From NCBI GenBank assembly GCA_964016885.1, contig OZ024746.1:73966001-74030000 (forward strand): a DNA stretch of 64,000 nucleotides, read 5' to 3'. Positions 42,104 through 55,614 of this stretch are shown one piece after another; position 1 is the first letter of the stretch, and every line of letters begins with the position of its first letter. A program made the position numbers and the translations under genes. This DNA is from Eledone cirrhosa. Its lineage: Eukaryota. The notes beneath the pieces were generated by a model that was given only the letters and a program-made list of their open reading frames with translations, made no database searches and was not told the DNA's origin.

Positions 42104-42230
42104 ATACCTTCCTGCCAGATGATTGAACGTCTGAAAGTATATACTTTCCTTATGCATATTAACGGCTGAGCAGCCTAATCTGCATATCGAGTGAGTTTAG
42201 TCGGCCGGGCGCACCGAAAACGATAAGTAG

Positions 42231-42271
<41 letters not shown>

Positions 42272-42274
42272 ATT

Positions 42275-42363
<89 letters not shown>

Positions 42364-42686
42364 CAAAGAGGGTGTGGTAAGATACCTGGTGGCCATAACG
42401 CACCAGATTATTCAATATTTAGGGTAGTAGAGAGTGGGTAATAGGAAAAGTGTCAGGACCCCGACGGCTGAGCTCTGGCCGTTTCGAGAGCTAGATCCGA
42501 ACTAAGCCACCATTATTAAGTTCAGCTAGATTCCCGCCGTCCTAATACTCGTGGCTTAGTTCGGATCTGGCTGTCGAAATGGAACGGCCAGAGCTCAGCC
42601 GTCGGGGTGCTGACACTTTTCCTATTACCCATTGATTGATAAGCTCAATCGATCTTGCCCGACTCTGGATATATATATATATATGT

Positions 42687-42816
<130 letters not shown>

Positions 42817-43000
42817 ATGTTTGTCGTTGACACTTAGATATGACTTCGTCACACACATAAAATGCAGAAAAGAAGAGATGAACATTCACTCTTGTGCTGT
42901 AGAACATAATCTAGGAAAAATATAATATTTTTAAAGTAGGAGAGGTAGATTTTCTGTCTTTGGCAACTGTGGCAGATAGGGTCCTGCTGAGGATAAGGAT

Positions 43001-43052
<52 letters not shown>

Positions 43053-43073
43053 CAGCAGCAGTCGTAGTAGTTA

Positions 43074-43110
<37 letters not shown>

Positions 43111-43899
43111 TATAGTAGTAGTAGCAGCAGAAGTAGTAGTAGCGGCAGCAGCAGCAGTAGTAGTAGTAGTAATATAATAGCAGTAGCTATAATAGTAATA
43201 GATGTGGTGGATGTAGTGGATATAGTAAAATTGCTAATGTTATTATTGTTGTCTTTGCTGTAGTTGCTGTTGATGTGAGATGTTGTTGTTGTTGTTTGTG
43301 TAATAGTGGTGATGGTGATGGTTCTTGTTGATGATATTTTATTTTTATCAGCACATTCATCGTCGAGCTGAACACCAACATCAGTAACATGTCTATCAAC
43401 AGCATCATTTCGATTGTGATGAAGCTAGCTTATCTCTAATATTGCAGGTTGTGTTGCAGATGTGTGTGTGTTTGTGCTTGTATGAGTGTGTGCATGCGTA
43501 TGAGTGAATCTATGTGCATGTATGTGTATGTTTATGTTTGTGTGTGTATGTGTTTCAGTATGTATGCGTATGTTTGTGTGTGTATGTGTTTGTGTATGTA
43601 TGTGTATGATTTTGTTTGTGTTTATGTGCTTGTGTGTGTGTGTGGAGTGTTACGATCTCTATCACTTGTTTAATCATTGGAGGTCAGCAAAGCAAGATAT
43701 TTGTGTGATTATTGATCCAAACAGGTTTTCCTGATTATGCCTGATATTGAAAACACACAGCGACGATGACAACTTGAAATATTCATGACCGTGTAATAGT
43801 AAATATTATCAAGTTACGACTGCTTTCCTCTTTTCTCGACCAAATATGGCCGTACTCAGAGTAGTATGTATAAATATTCGTAGACTGATTATTGTTTTA

Positions 43900-44580
43900 A
43901 AGACTTCAGGTTACTAGACATAGATGTTATAGCCATGAACGAGATCAGAATTTCCTACACACTTAAATCGCATCTGTATTCGAGGTTAGCAAATTGTATC
44001 CATAATGCAGCCGGGCTAAATCAAATAGAACTAGGTTAGTATTGTTTACAAAAGGTTTGGATCTCGCGGCACGGACAATTTTTGTAGACCCGAACGTTAT
44101 GTTAGTGAAGCTAGACATAGGTAACAGTAAAGTTGGTTCATACTGTCTTGTGCCGTCCTGTGACCCGAACGAGACAAGGCTGCCGGATTCTGTCAGATGT
44201 ATAATCATTCTTGGGAACGTACCACGCATTTTGATACATCTCAATCTCTTGGAAACATCTGACGTTAGTGGAAGACTAGAATGGTTTTTAGGTACACACT
44301 CGTGTTGTGTGGTATTAGATGACAGAAGAAAGATATGGAGAGTAAAAGATCGAAAAGCGATTGGGGCATGGTTAAAGAGTTCGCATTGTAATCATTATGT
44401 GTATGTTTCAATCTCAATGCGTGGCATCTTGGACAAGTTTCATTTAACAGAACCTAGGGTCTGTTCATATCTCGTGATAGAAATTTGATAGAAATTTTGG
44501 AAGCCCATCGGGTGGATTGTTTCTATAATTCAAAGGGCTATCTTTGTCAGACATTGTGTCAATCTGGATGTTTTGAGTAT
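43900..44580 (+). mobile_element. Highly degraded L1/Tx1-like LINE APE endonuclease region
   Basis: LDIDVIAMNEIR (APE D-x-x-x-x-Q/N-E motif), RTIFVDPNVMLVKLDI and RLEWFLGTHSCCVVLDD resemble the APE N-terminal half; stops are present. Confidence 0.55.
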
Positions 44581-44607
44581 TATGTTAAGGGTACATGCAT
44601 CTGAAAG

Positions 44608-44940
44608 CCCGTGGCCTAGTGGTTAGAGAGGTGGATTCACAATCGCGAGGTTGCCAGGTGGATTCCAGGTCCGAGCGATGCATTGTGCCCTTGTGCAAGA
44701 TACTTTATTTCGTGTTGTTCCAGTTCACTCAGCTGTAGAAATGAGTTGCGACGTTACTGGTGCCAAGCTCTATCGACATTTGCCTTTCCTTGGAAAACAT
44801 TGGTGGCATGAAAACGGGTGACTGGTATGCATGGACAACTGCTGGTTTTCCACAAAAATACTTTGCTCGATCTTGTGCCTCGGAGGGGAACTTTCTAGGT
44901 GCAAAACGCATGGTTTTATTCATGCTCGAATGGATTTTTA
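44608..44940 (+). mobile_element. tRNA-derived CORE-like SINE (family S2)
   Basis: A-box-like tggcctagtgg, degenerate B-box ggtggattcc, then cccttgtgcaagatactttatttc...ccagttcactcagctgtagaaatgagt. Its tail resembles 41048-41110. Confidence 0.75.
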
Positions 44941-45997
44941 CAATTTTATTTCACATGCATCTGCGGAATACTCAGCCATTTAACAAGCAGGCTGTTCCAT
45001 CGACTGAGTAGATGAGGCATTCATCGTGGAAACTGACGTAGGTCCATGAAGTAAAATTCTAACACAGTAGCATTGCAAGCAAGCGTACACACATGTATTA
45101 CATATATGACAGGTTTCTCAAAAGTATTGAGGTCTCAATATTATTACAGTACTATACACAGTACATTTCATGTGGTAATCTTCAATAGTGACAATGTACA
45201 ATACACCACAGGAGTGGCTCCTTCATAGCAAAAGATTCCCATTTCATTCTTTTTACTGGTTTCGGTCAATAGATAGTGGCCATGTTCGGGTACTGCCTTG
45301 GGATTTTAGTCGATCATATCGATCAAAAGACTTGTTTTGTGAACCTCCCATCGGGATATAAACAAACAGTAAATGTAAACAGAAGTACACGCGCATCTCC
45401 TAAATTTCACTCACGAAGCAAGAATCCTCCACTCCGCCTATGGGACAACAAATTTCCACTCGAAGAAGAAATTAATGTTTCTCAGTTAACATTCGCGTAG
45501 GATGTGTTAACAGAAAGTATATTAAATATATTTCTCACTTCTGACAGACATTATTATTTATGATGTCTAGAATAATTTACGTTGGACATTTTGTCAATAA
45601 ATTATGTGTAGTTTAGTGGTACCTATTTTTTGTAGGTAAGTTAAATTATACTGTATAACATTTGGGAATTTTGTGGCAAATAAAAACAAATGCATATGAT
45701 AAAAGTAAAATCATAGTACATAATTTCTTTGGAATATATTTTTCCTGACTTTAAACCGATATAAAAACGGACAACCAGCGAACACCTAAAAGATTTCGCA
45801 ATCTTTAGGGAATAGCACCCACGTCTTCCTCATATCACACTCTACTATTCTAGGATAGTAAATATCTAAAAAAACGTGTATATATGTATATATATTATTG
45901 GTGGGAGAGAAGTTATATGCATATTACACTCCTCAGCTCCTCGGGAGTACAAATTGGACGATTAAGTTATCGACCGTAGATATCAGTCATATATAAA

Positions 45998-46325
45998 GAG
46001 TTACATAAGAACTACCAAACAACTACAAAAGAGAACCTCCATAATATAAATGAAGATATAAATATCATAGTAAACAAATTAAACCCAGAGAGACATATTA
46101 AACATTACACCCTCAAGACACCCAGTTTTAAATTAAAGGACCATAGGTTGACTTTAATAATAACCCCTCAAGCCGACTTATTTTCCTGTCCACCTCGGAC
46201 ATAGGTAAGATCAGTAAACACATTTTAGATAGAGTAATCCCTTTGAAACAAAAACTTAGCTTAACATTGTGGGACAACACTGAAGAAGTATTGAATTGGT
46301 GTAGCAGTCTCCAAAATAAAATCTC
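45998..46325 (+). mobile_element. Penelope-like element (PLE) reverse-transcriptase N-terminal fragment, frameshifted
   Basis: ELHKNYQTTTKENLHNINED..., LKDH / DFNNNPSSRLIFLSTSDIGKISKHILDRVIP...LWDNTEEVLNW matches the PLE pattern LKDHKxxFxNNPxCRLINPxKSxIGKISKxILD as I recall it. Confidence 0.8.
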
Positions 46326-47203
46326 TTAAACAGGGCCCTAATTATGGCACACATTAATATAGATCTATGAAAATAAAAGAACATAGATTCAATCAGATAA
46401 ATAGATACACACTCAATATTTCTTAACAGTACTCTTCATACAACTGAATTAATAAACATCATTCTAACTATATAAAGAAAAACAATAACAAAATTCCACA
46501 TAAATAAACTGGTAGCACCACTTTGTCTTGTACTTTCCAAGTAACAAGGACTTATACCAATATCATAGTAGAATAATATTTTATATCGATTATGTCTTCG
46601 ATATCGTTTCATAATTAAGATTATATATTTATTGCCATAAAGATAAAAATAATAATCTTAACCCAGGATCAGAAATTTGGGTGAGTGAACAGTCTATTAT
46701 GTCGATCACAGTATTTAAATTGTACATTATGTTATCAACATCAGAAAAATGAAAAGAGATTGTTAACTTCTTTGAATTTGAGCTCAGAATTTAAAGCACC
46801 GGATTATAGATTTCAAAGATCTACTAGCTTCAGACATCAGTGTGAGTACTACCTATATATAGTTTATATAATATCAAGAGTCAGAAGCTACAGAAAATTA
46901 CAATTTCAAAAGAAATTATGTTTTTATGGTCCTCTATATACAATCTTATATTTTTTTAAATAACTGTATATTTTCCACAGGTAATGCTCTCATATATGAA
47001 TAAGACGCACGTAAATCATAAATACATACGAATACAACACACAAAAAGCGAACGAGTATATCTATATAAGTATGTGAATATGTGCATTTCCGCATATTTA
47101 TAGTTACTATAGATTAATAACTGTATGTGTATGAATACATTTTTTAAAAGAGCATTACAATTACATGCTCATACAATAAAGCCATATATATATATGCACG
47201 AGT

Positions 47204-47277
<74 letters not shown>

Positions 47278-47829
47278 ACACACACACCCACACACACACA
47301 CACATATATATATGTGTGTGTGTGTATGTGTGTTTATTCTATCTAGTTGAAAATTGAATAAATAACTAAGTATAAAATTCACATGAATATATGAAAACAT
47401 ACATTCAGTGACATTTCAAAGCGTTCCTTATGCAATCGACAGAAATATTAAATTATGTGTTTACCTATTACAACTTCAGTAAATACGGGACAAGTTTTTG
47501 AGGAAATGTTATTAACATATTAATACCCAATTTTAGAGATTAGAACACGTTAAACAATTATTTCGGTAATATGACTCATATAGTTTTTTCTTCTGTATTA
47601 TATAACTATATTATTAATACATGAACATATACTTTCGATTCCATCCCGCAAAAAAAACAAAACAAAAATAAGCAAATTAAAAGTTACTACCAGTATTGTG
47701 GTACACTGTTGTCAAAAGTTATAGTATGAGAGGGATAAAATGTGTTGGTAGAGCTTTCTTGGACCCCTAGTAAACGAACTTCTCCGAAACGCGTTCAGTC
47801 CTTGTACACCTCTGACGTATGAGTATATG

Positions 47830-48131
47830 TTGAATAACTGTTACAACGTACGGGAGTGGTCCGACGATCAAATGAGTTTATTGTGAACATTTCCTTGGCT
47901 AGAAATAGCAGGTCGAATTTCTTTGTATGCTTGAGATGTTAAAGGAAAATTTTGGCAGGACACGGCTGGAAACTTTGCGGACACGCATTGAATAACTGTT
48001 ACAACGTGCGGGACTAGTCCGACTATCAACGGAGTTTATTGTGAAAATGTTCATGGCTAGAAATAGGAAGTAGACTTTCCTTGTATGCTTGCGATGTTAA
48101 AGGGCATTTTTGGCAGGAAACGGTTGGAAAC
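47830..48131. repeat. Diverged tandem duplication, 158-bp period
   Basis: ttgaataactgttacaacgt...tggctagaaatag...gatgttaaagg...tggaaac at 47830 and 47988. Confidence 0.85.
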
Positions 48132-48520
48132 GTTACGGACATATGGTTCTTCAAGAGCCTAACTCTCTTGAAATTCTTAAGAAAGTGTAGTTTAAAGAAA
48201 GAGGTGCTTCTCTCCAATGAGTTTTAGACTGGCAAAATTAGCTGCGAGAAGGTACTTGACTTAGGGCGTCTGGGTATTCCGGGTTGTATGATCGCAGGTC
48301 TTGAATGTAATTCTCCCTTCAACATTTTTGTGATTCTCTTTACGACCGCTCCCATGACTTTACGAAGTTTCAGGGCCCAAAGATGAAAGATAGTCATCTG
48401 TCAATATAGTGTTGTTATATGCCAAAGTATTGTTGACAAAGTATTGTTGTTATTTACACTAAAATATTGTTATATAAACAGCTTTCACATTAGTGTTGTT
48501 TTATTTACAAAACTGATCGG

Positions 48521-48817
48521 AGGCAGATTAGTAGAATCATTAGAGCGTCGGGGAAAATGCTTTGCAACATTTACTTTCAACCCTTTACAATTGTAACAAT
48601 TACCGGTAGACATTTCTAATGGAATGCACTGAAGTTCAATCATTTATTGAACATTTTTGAGACATTTTCTAAAATTATTAATTGCTTCATTACCAGAGTT
48701 CAAATGCGATTGAGATCAGCTTTGCCTTTCGGTCTTCTGGGATTGATAAAATAAAGTACCAGTAATATACTATGGTCGATATAATTGAACCTCCCTTCCA
48801 CGCAAATTGCTGGCCTT
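48521..48817 (+). mobile_element. Old S1-related SINE with a ~110-bp internal insertion
   Basis: Head tagtagaatcattagagcgtcggggaaaatgcttt; body gagttcaaat...ctttgcctttc...gataaaataaagtaccagt...aattgctggcctt. Confidence 0.7.
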
Positions 48818-50048
48818 TTTATTTACGCATTCAAATTAATGTTATGATCTTACAAAATTCCCTAGCTCTTAGATATTTGTATTCATATATATATTTGCCA
48901 AATGATTTGGCAAATATATATATGTACACAGCACTCAAAATATTTTTGGAAACAGTGCATAATGTTATTGTTATTATTCATACAACATTGAAATTAATGT
49001 TGTACACAATACTTAAAATTATTGCTTTTATATACACAACATCCAAATTATTAGTATTTACACTACTGACAAGCGAAATACAGCAGTTAAAAATAAGATC
49101 AGAAAAGTAGAAAGAAAAACAAGGGTAAAGAAATCCCCGTTCTTTTTGCAAATGAGTCTAAATATTCGCCCCTCAATTTAAGATGTTTTCCGAATAGCCT
49201 AAGTAAGCAATTCTTGTAGCTTGAAATTTAGAAGAAAACATTAAAACAACAACGTCAACAACAAACGCAACAGTAACAAAAATGACAATCTCAATATCGT
49301 TATCAACATTAAAATATAACTACGAAATTTAGAACAGAGCCAAAAACAAAAATACAAGAACAGCGATAACAACACTATTCGTTGCTCTTTTAAATTTGGT
49401 TCGTCTGGAGTGAAAATAAGTAAAAGAAATGCCAGTTCTATTGTTTATTATCATGCCTAATCTAGCCCCACAAGTAAAAGATTTCAGTTGTTAATCATTG
49501 TTTAGATAAAGCCAATCTTCTTTCTATTAAGCATGGACCACACCCCTTAATGTTTGATAGACGCTAACTGGTTTTAATGACGACTGACCTAAATCTGGCA
49601 ATTTTATCAAACCTTCTCTTCGCTTTAGCTTCCGTTTAAAAGCCAATAAAAGATAAAGAGTTCTCACGCTCTTATATATATATAAAAGAAAAAAAAAGGT
49701 TCCACGTAAAAGCAGTGATGATGGAGGCGTTGGGAAAGATTGTGAAAATCTTTAAGAGAGTCTACTAAAATCATGACTTGTGTCAACTAATCATTTTGTC
49801 TCCGTGTGTTCGTTTGCGAGTATATGCGTGAAAGCATATATATATATATACATGTATATGTATTCCACTATATTTAAGAGTACTTCCATTCCTCGCACAC
49901 ATACACACCTAAACACAGATACGTAACACATATACAGATATAAGTGAGTGTGCATCGTTATAACATGAATCTATTTATAAATATGTGACACACACACACA
50001 CACATGCACACATACACAGACATATATATATATATGTATATATATTTA

Positions 50049-50094
<46 letters not shown>

Positions 50095-50149
50095 CATAGA
50101 TATACGTGTGTATATATATATATATATACATATACAGACATACATATAC

Positions 50150-50200
<51 letters not shown>

Positions 50201-50643
50201 TAGATAGAGATAGACACATAATACATACATATATATGCATGTATGTGTACAAATACACACATATATGTATATATAACTAAAAAGAAAAGTTAACAGCCCA
50301 AAACGATGACATTGATATAAGTGATAAGTTATAAGTTAAGTTGAGGACGATAATGCGATAAGGCCTGTTTTCCGGTAGCAATTAAAAGCTGTGATCACAT
50401 GTTGTTTTCTAGAGGAGCTAACGAGATTTAATGGAAATATTTTCTAGTGACCTGATATCATAACATATTAACGCTGATAAACATTAAAAAACACCTAAAT
50501 ATCTAGGTTTTTGTTTTGTTTTCTCTTTAAACCGCCTTTTCAAACTATATAGTTTTCTATTTGTTGCAATCTTAACTTAGTCAACACATTTTTCAAGTCA
50601 TGATGAGTCAGAAAATTGATGGTTACGTACATACAGACACCTC

Positions 50644-50700
<57 letters not shown>

Positions 50701-50816
50701 CTTTAAAGAATTAGCTTTTAAATCCTTCAACCAATGACCTACACCCATCCCAATCCCCACCCTCACCTACCACCAGATAAGGAAAGACATAAATACTACC
50801 ATTTACTTGGACAGCC

Positions 50817-50867
50817 AGCTTCCTGATGATTTCTCACGAATGAAACAGTTCTAGTCCTGTAGAAGCT
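50817..50867 (+). ncRNA. Type I hammerhead ribozyme motif between (TA)n tracts
   Basis: agcttc-CTGATGA-tttc tcac gaat-GAAA-cag ttctagtc ctg-TA-gaagct. 6-bp stem I, 3-bp stem III, GUA triplet, weak stem II. Confidence 0.75.
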
Positions 50868-50879
50868 CTTCTATATTAA

Positions 50880-50928
<49 letters not shown>

Positions 50929-51145
50929 GATAAATTCACCAATCAATGGGAGGGTCTAAACCGTATGAAGAACTCAATGTAATCCGTATGTAGAAGATGC
51001 CGTGAAGCAAAGTTTAAAATACAACATTTTCAATGATATAATTCATTGGATACAGAGTTAAAAATAGAAATATTAAAACAATGAAATTAAACAAAAAACG
51101 ATTAATTCATAGTAAAACTCATTATTTTACGATCGTTTCTGGTGG

Positions 51146-51278
51146 TTATTTCTGAAGACGGCGGGTAGTGAAGACGTATGTATATTTTTTTACTATGATA
51201 TTTTGTAATATATTTTACACAGATCAATAATAGAATTGACATACGGGGAACTACCCCCCAGAAACGATCGTAAAATAA
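51146..51278 (+). ncRNA. Type I minimal hammerhead with a ~100-nt stem II, inside 72-bp inverted arms (51071-51142 / 51259-51330)
   Basis: ttattt-CTGAAGA-cggcgggtagt...actacccccca-GAAA-cgatcg-TA-aaataa; palindromic stem III, GUA triplet. Confidence 0.78.
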
Positions 51279-51324
51279 TGAGTTTTACTATGAATTAATC
51301 GTTTTTTTGTTTAATTCCATTGTT

Positions 51325-51435
<111 letters not shown>

Positions 51436-51449
51436 ACATAAGAAACGGA

Positions 51450-51631
51450 GAATCAGTGTTGCGACCAATAAAATTTATTAGACATATTACAAGCTTTTCT
51501 CTGGCGACCAGCTCGAGGCACGACCGGTGTAATGTTCGAACCTGACTCTGAAATCGCAAGGTGCTCTGAAAGAGCATCGAGTGCTCAAACGGCCTGACGC
51601 TTTAAGAATCCCACACCAATTATATATATAT

Positions 51632-51669
<38 letters not shown>

Positions 51670-51792
51670 TTGTTTATATATATATATATTTTTTTTTTTT
51701 TAAATATATATATATATGTATGTGTGTGTGTGCTTATATATATGTTTGTATAAATATATATATATATATATTTATACAAACATATATATAAG

Positions 51793-51826
<34 letters not shown>

Positions 51827-52744
51827 AAATATATATATAAACAAATATATATATAGGCATAGGTTAAGTTTAACGTCCTCGAAAATGAAACTAGGTTTTC
51901 TGACAAGTGAATGTGTTTGTTTTGTTTTTTTTACAATGAAATTTACGATACAGTCTTTGTTTATTTACAACAGGTCTCTATAGTGATATGGTGTTAATTA
52001 GTATTGCGTGTGTGATTATTTTCTCTTATATATATATGTGTGGGTGTGTATATGTGTGTATATATATGTGTGTCTGTATGTATATATATGTGTGTGTCTG
52101 TATGTATATATATATGTGTGTTTGTATATATATATATGTGTTTGTGTCATCATCATCGTTTAGATGTTTTTGTAATATCTTGCCAAAGTTGGCACCAACT
52201 ATAAACAAATTAAGGCCGGGTCATAAGAAGGACAGAGAATGATAAGGGATTTGGGTAAAAACATGTAAACGATGATGATGACACAAACACATATATATAT
52301 ACAAACACACATATATATATACATACAGACACACATATATATACACACATATACACACCCACACACATATATATAAGAGAAAATAATCACACACGCAATA
52401 CTAATTAACACCATATCACTATAGAGACCTGTTGTAAATAAACAAAGAGTGTATCGTAAATTTCATTGTAAAAAAAAAAACAACACATTCACTTATCAGA
52501 AAACCTAGTTTCATTTTCGAGGACGTTAAACTTAACCTATGCCATATATATATGCTATATATAATTGGTGTGGGATGCTTAAAGCGTCAGTAAGCGGTAG
52601 GCCGTTTGAGCACTCGATGCTCTTTCAGAGGACCTTGCGATTTCAGAGTCAGGTTCGAACATTACATCGGTCGTGCCTCGAGCTGGTCGCCAGAGAAAAG
52701 CTTGTAATATGTCTAATAAATTTTATTGGTCGCAACACTGATTC
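51450..52744. repeat. ~1.3-kb inverted duplication (palindrome) with a ~65-bp spacer
   Basis: 51450-51625 mirrors 52560-52744 and 51853-52185 mirrors 52250-52550 at high identity; the arms differ mainly in microsatellite length. Confidence 0.95.
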
Positions 52745-53647
52745 ATATATATATTTATATATATATATATATATATATATGCCTGTATAAATATATGAGT
52801 GGGGGGTGTGAGTGTCTGTGTATGTGTGTGCCTGCGCGCGTCCTTCTATGTATGAATATGTGTTGAATAAAATAATAGAAACCGCCAAACCTTCTTGTAT
52901 AATGACATTTAACGCTTGATTAACCTTAAATGAACATTCAGTTATTGATAAGACATATTTATGTGTCTAACCCTATCTATTTGATATATGTAACTATTTT
53001 CTTATTTCCCTATTTTCGGATTAAGCTATCTTTTTATACTACTGTGATGATGGTTTGTCAACTTTTTAGTGAGGTCTGCTTATAGGTGTGGGATTATCAG
53101 TAGATGATGCGTGAGGGAATTCTAGGAAAATCAAATATGCGGCGAGTAGTATCTTCCTCAGCCTATCAAATTCTACTTCAAACATATAGCCACATTTTTT
53201 TTTGTATAAAGCTGAAAGAATTTCCCAACGCCAATTCGATGGGAGTTAAAAGTTGGTATAATCACACATTTCTCCATCTCTCTTGATGTCTGAAAATCAT
53301 GGAAATTGTGAAACCAGTAAAGTCATCAATTATTGTATATAAACCGTCTTAAAGACTCTAATTGCATTTTCAACTTCTTTTTCCTACATTTTCACCCCGT
53401 GGGACATATTAAATAAACGTTATCTTCGAATAAGACAGAACAAAGGAGTGACACAAAATAAAAACCCAGTCACTGAGAAGGTTACAGAATGTGTGACGAA
53501 AAAACTTTGACAATATGTAAACAACCATCCGGTTATCGAACTAACCAACCAACCAACCAACCGGAAATTTATCAATAAATTGAAGTAAAAGCCAACAGGT
53601 GCGTGTGTTTTTATTAGCAACCTGACCCTCCCGAAGTATAACACACA

Positions 53648-53742
<95 letters not shown>

Positions 53743-53948
53743 GGGATGTAAGGTTCTATACAATACAGTGGTTATAGAGAAAAGGTGAAGTTGGAAATAG
53801 CACGGAATATATATATATACAACAGTTCTATTTAAATTGTTGGGATACAACAAGCAAATATTTTTATAACTGATATAAAGCACTCAACAAGTATTTTGAG
53901 TAAACATACGATATTAACAAATGGAAACTATATTTATAAAACCATATT

Positions 53949-54013
53949 TATTTAATTATACATATTTCAAGGACACCAAGTTAAATTATGGTGTGCTTTC
54001 ATCAGACAAAATA
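53949..54013 (-). ncRNA. Type I minimal hammerhead ribozyme (family F4)
   Basis: Reverse-complement copy of 34737-34801 with an identical core and stem II, within a family copy at 53826-54050. Confidence 0.75.
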
Positions 54014-54157
54014 TAATATAGATCAGTTTTATAAATAAATATTGACATACCCTTAAAAAATGCAACCATTACTGTTGGAAGCTTCCGGATAGTGGAGTTG
54101 TTTACTTGAATCTATTTCTGGCGGGGATCGCTTTGGAAAATTAATTGTCCTTGAGTT

Positions 54158-54237
54158 TGTCTCCTGATGAGTTCGATACTCGAGATTTATCCTTTATAGG
54201 ATATCTCAAAACGCGAACGAGACCCAGGGTAGAGACA
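54158..54237 (+). ncRNA. Type I hammerhead motif with one core substitution (GAGA for GAAA)
   Basis: tgtctc-CTGATGA-gttcg...cgaac-GAGA-cc cag gg-TA-gagaca; all three stems pair. Confidence 0.7.
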
Positions 54238-55164
54238 TAATTACGATAAGAATGTACTCATTTCTTCTAACTTTAAATTTATACCTAATTGTGTATGGTT
54301 GACGGTATATTTAGTCAGTATGGTTGACGGTATATTTAGTGTCTAGCAACCATCGTTGCTCGTTTGTTCAACACTGACAAAGGAACGTATACCTTTGTCA
54401 GTGTTGAACAAACGAGCAACGATGGTCGCTAGACACTACGGCTTAATACGGGATGTTTGTTTACAAACACACCGAGCATTATAATAAATGTTCGGTGAAT
54501 ACATACGTACATATATATATATGTGTGCATGTATGTATATATATATACATACTACTGTACGTCTGTATACATATATGTATGTACGTGTTCATACTTATAT
54601 TTATATATATATATTTGTTTTACAAGGTTTTTGATATGAAATCGTGTGTCGAAATAAATATTGTTATACTTGGGGAGGGTCATATTGTTGTAATAATATT
54701 GCCAGAAATCATAACAGAACACACTCACTCTTTTATCTGTATCTTTTATATCTCCATATTTAATTTATTTGGCAATCAGTGTTTATCACTGATTGACCAA
54801 CGGTTAAAAATACAGATATAAATATATATATAGTCTAACAAAGTTCTTTCGTTGCTATTATCATGTTCCCTCATATTGTATTGTAATATTTTCGCCATTT
54901 TTCCACAAAAATGGCGTAAACATTACAATACAATAGGAGGGAACATGATAACAGTACCACTGATGATGTTGCAGAAGTGCAACGAAAGAACTTTGTTAGA
55001 CTATATATATATATTTATATCTGTATTTTTAACCATTGGTCAATCAATGATAAACGTTGATTGCCAAATAAATTAACTATGGAGATATAAAAGATAGAGA
55101 AGCAAAAACCAACCAAACAGTGAATGTGTTCTGTTATTATTACAACAATATGACCCTCCCTAAG

Positions 55165-55198
<34 letters not shown>

Positions 55199-55386
55199 TA
55201 TATATATATATATATATGTATGCATGTATGGGGAGTGTAATGTGAAGTTACTGTAGGTTACACCAGGTGATCAGGGGGTGTAACGTGAAGTTACTGTAGG
55301 TTCACCCAGGTGATCACTCGATGTTTAGATTCACGTCTGTAGCGAGGTGTTGAGTTATATATTATACATTATTTATATATATATAT

Positions 55387-55537
55387 ATGCTTTCCAGCAT
55401 AGTTATGTCCCTTTACGATCTGAGTTCAAATCCCGCCGAGGTTGACTTTGCCTTTCATCCTTACGGGGTCGATAAAATAAAGTACCAGTAATGCACTGGG
55501 TAATTGCTGGCCTTGTGCCTAAAGTAGAAACAATTAT
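55387..55537 (+). mobile_element. 5'-truncated SINE S1 within (TA)n
   Basis: Near-identical to 22735-22885. Confidence 0.92.
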
Positions 55538-55569
55538 TTATATATATATATATATATATACTGTTACTT

Positions 55570-55610
<41 letters not shown>

Positions 55611-55614
<4 letters not shown>

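Noticed and set aside
55236-55317. Short tandem duplications (about 43 bp here; about 25 bp at 54293-54340; 21465-21665)
   Set aside because: Ordinary slippage duplications with no further structure.
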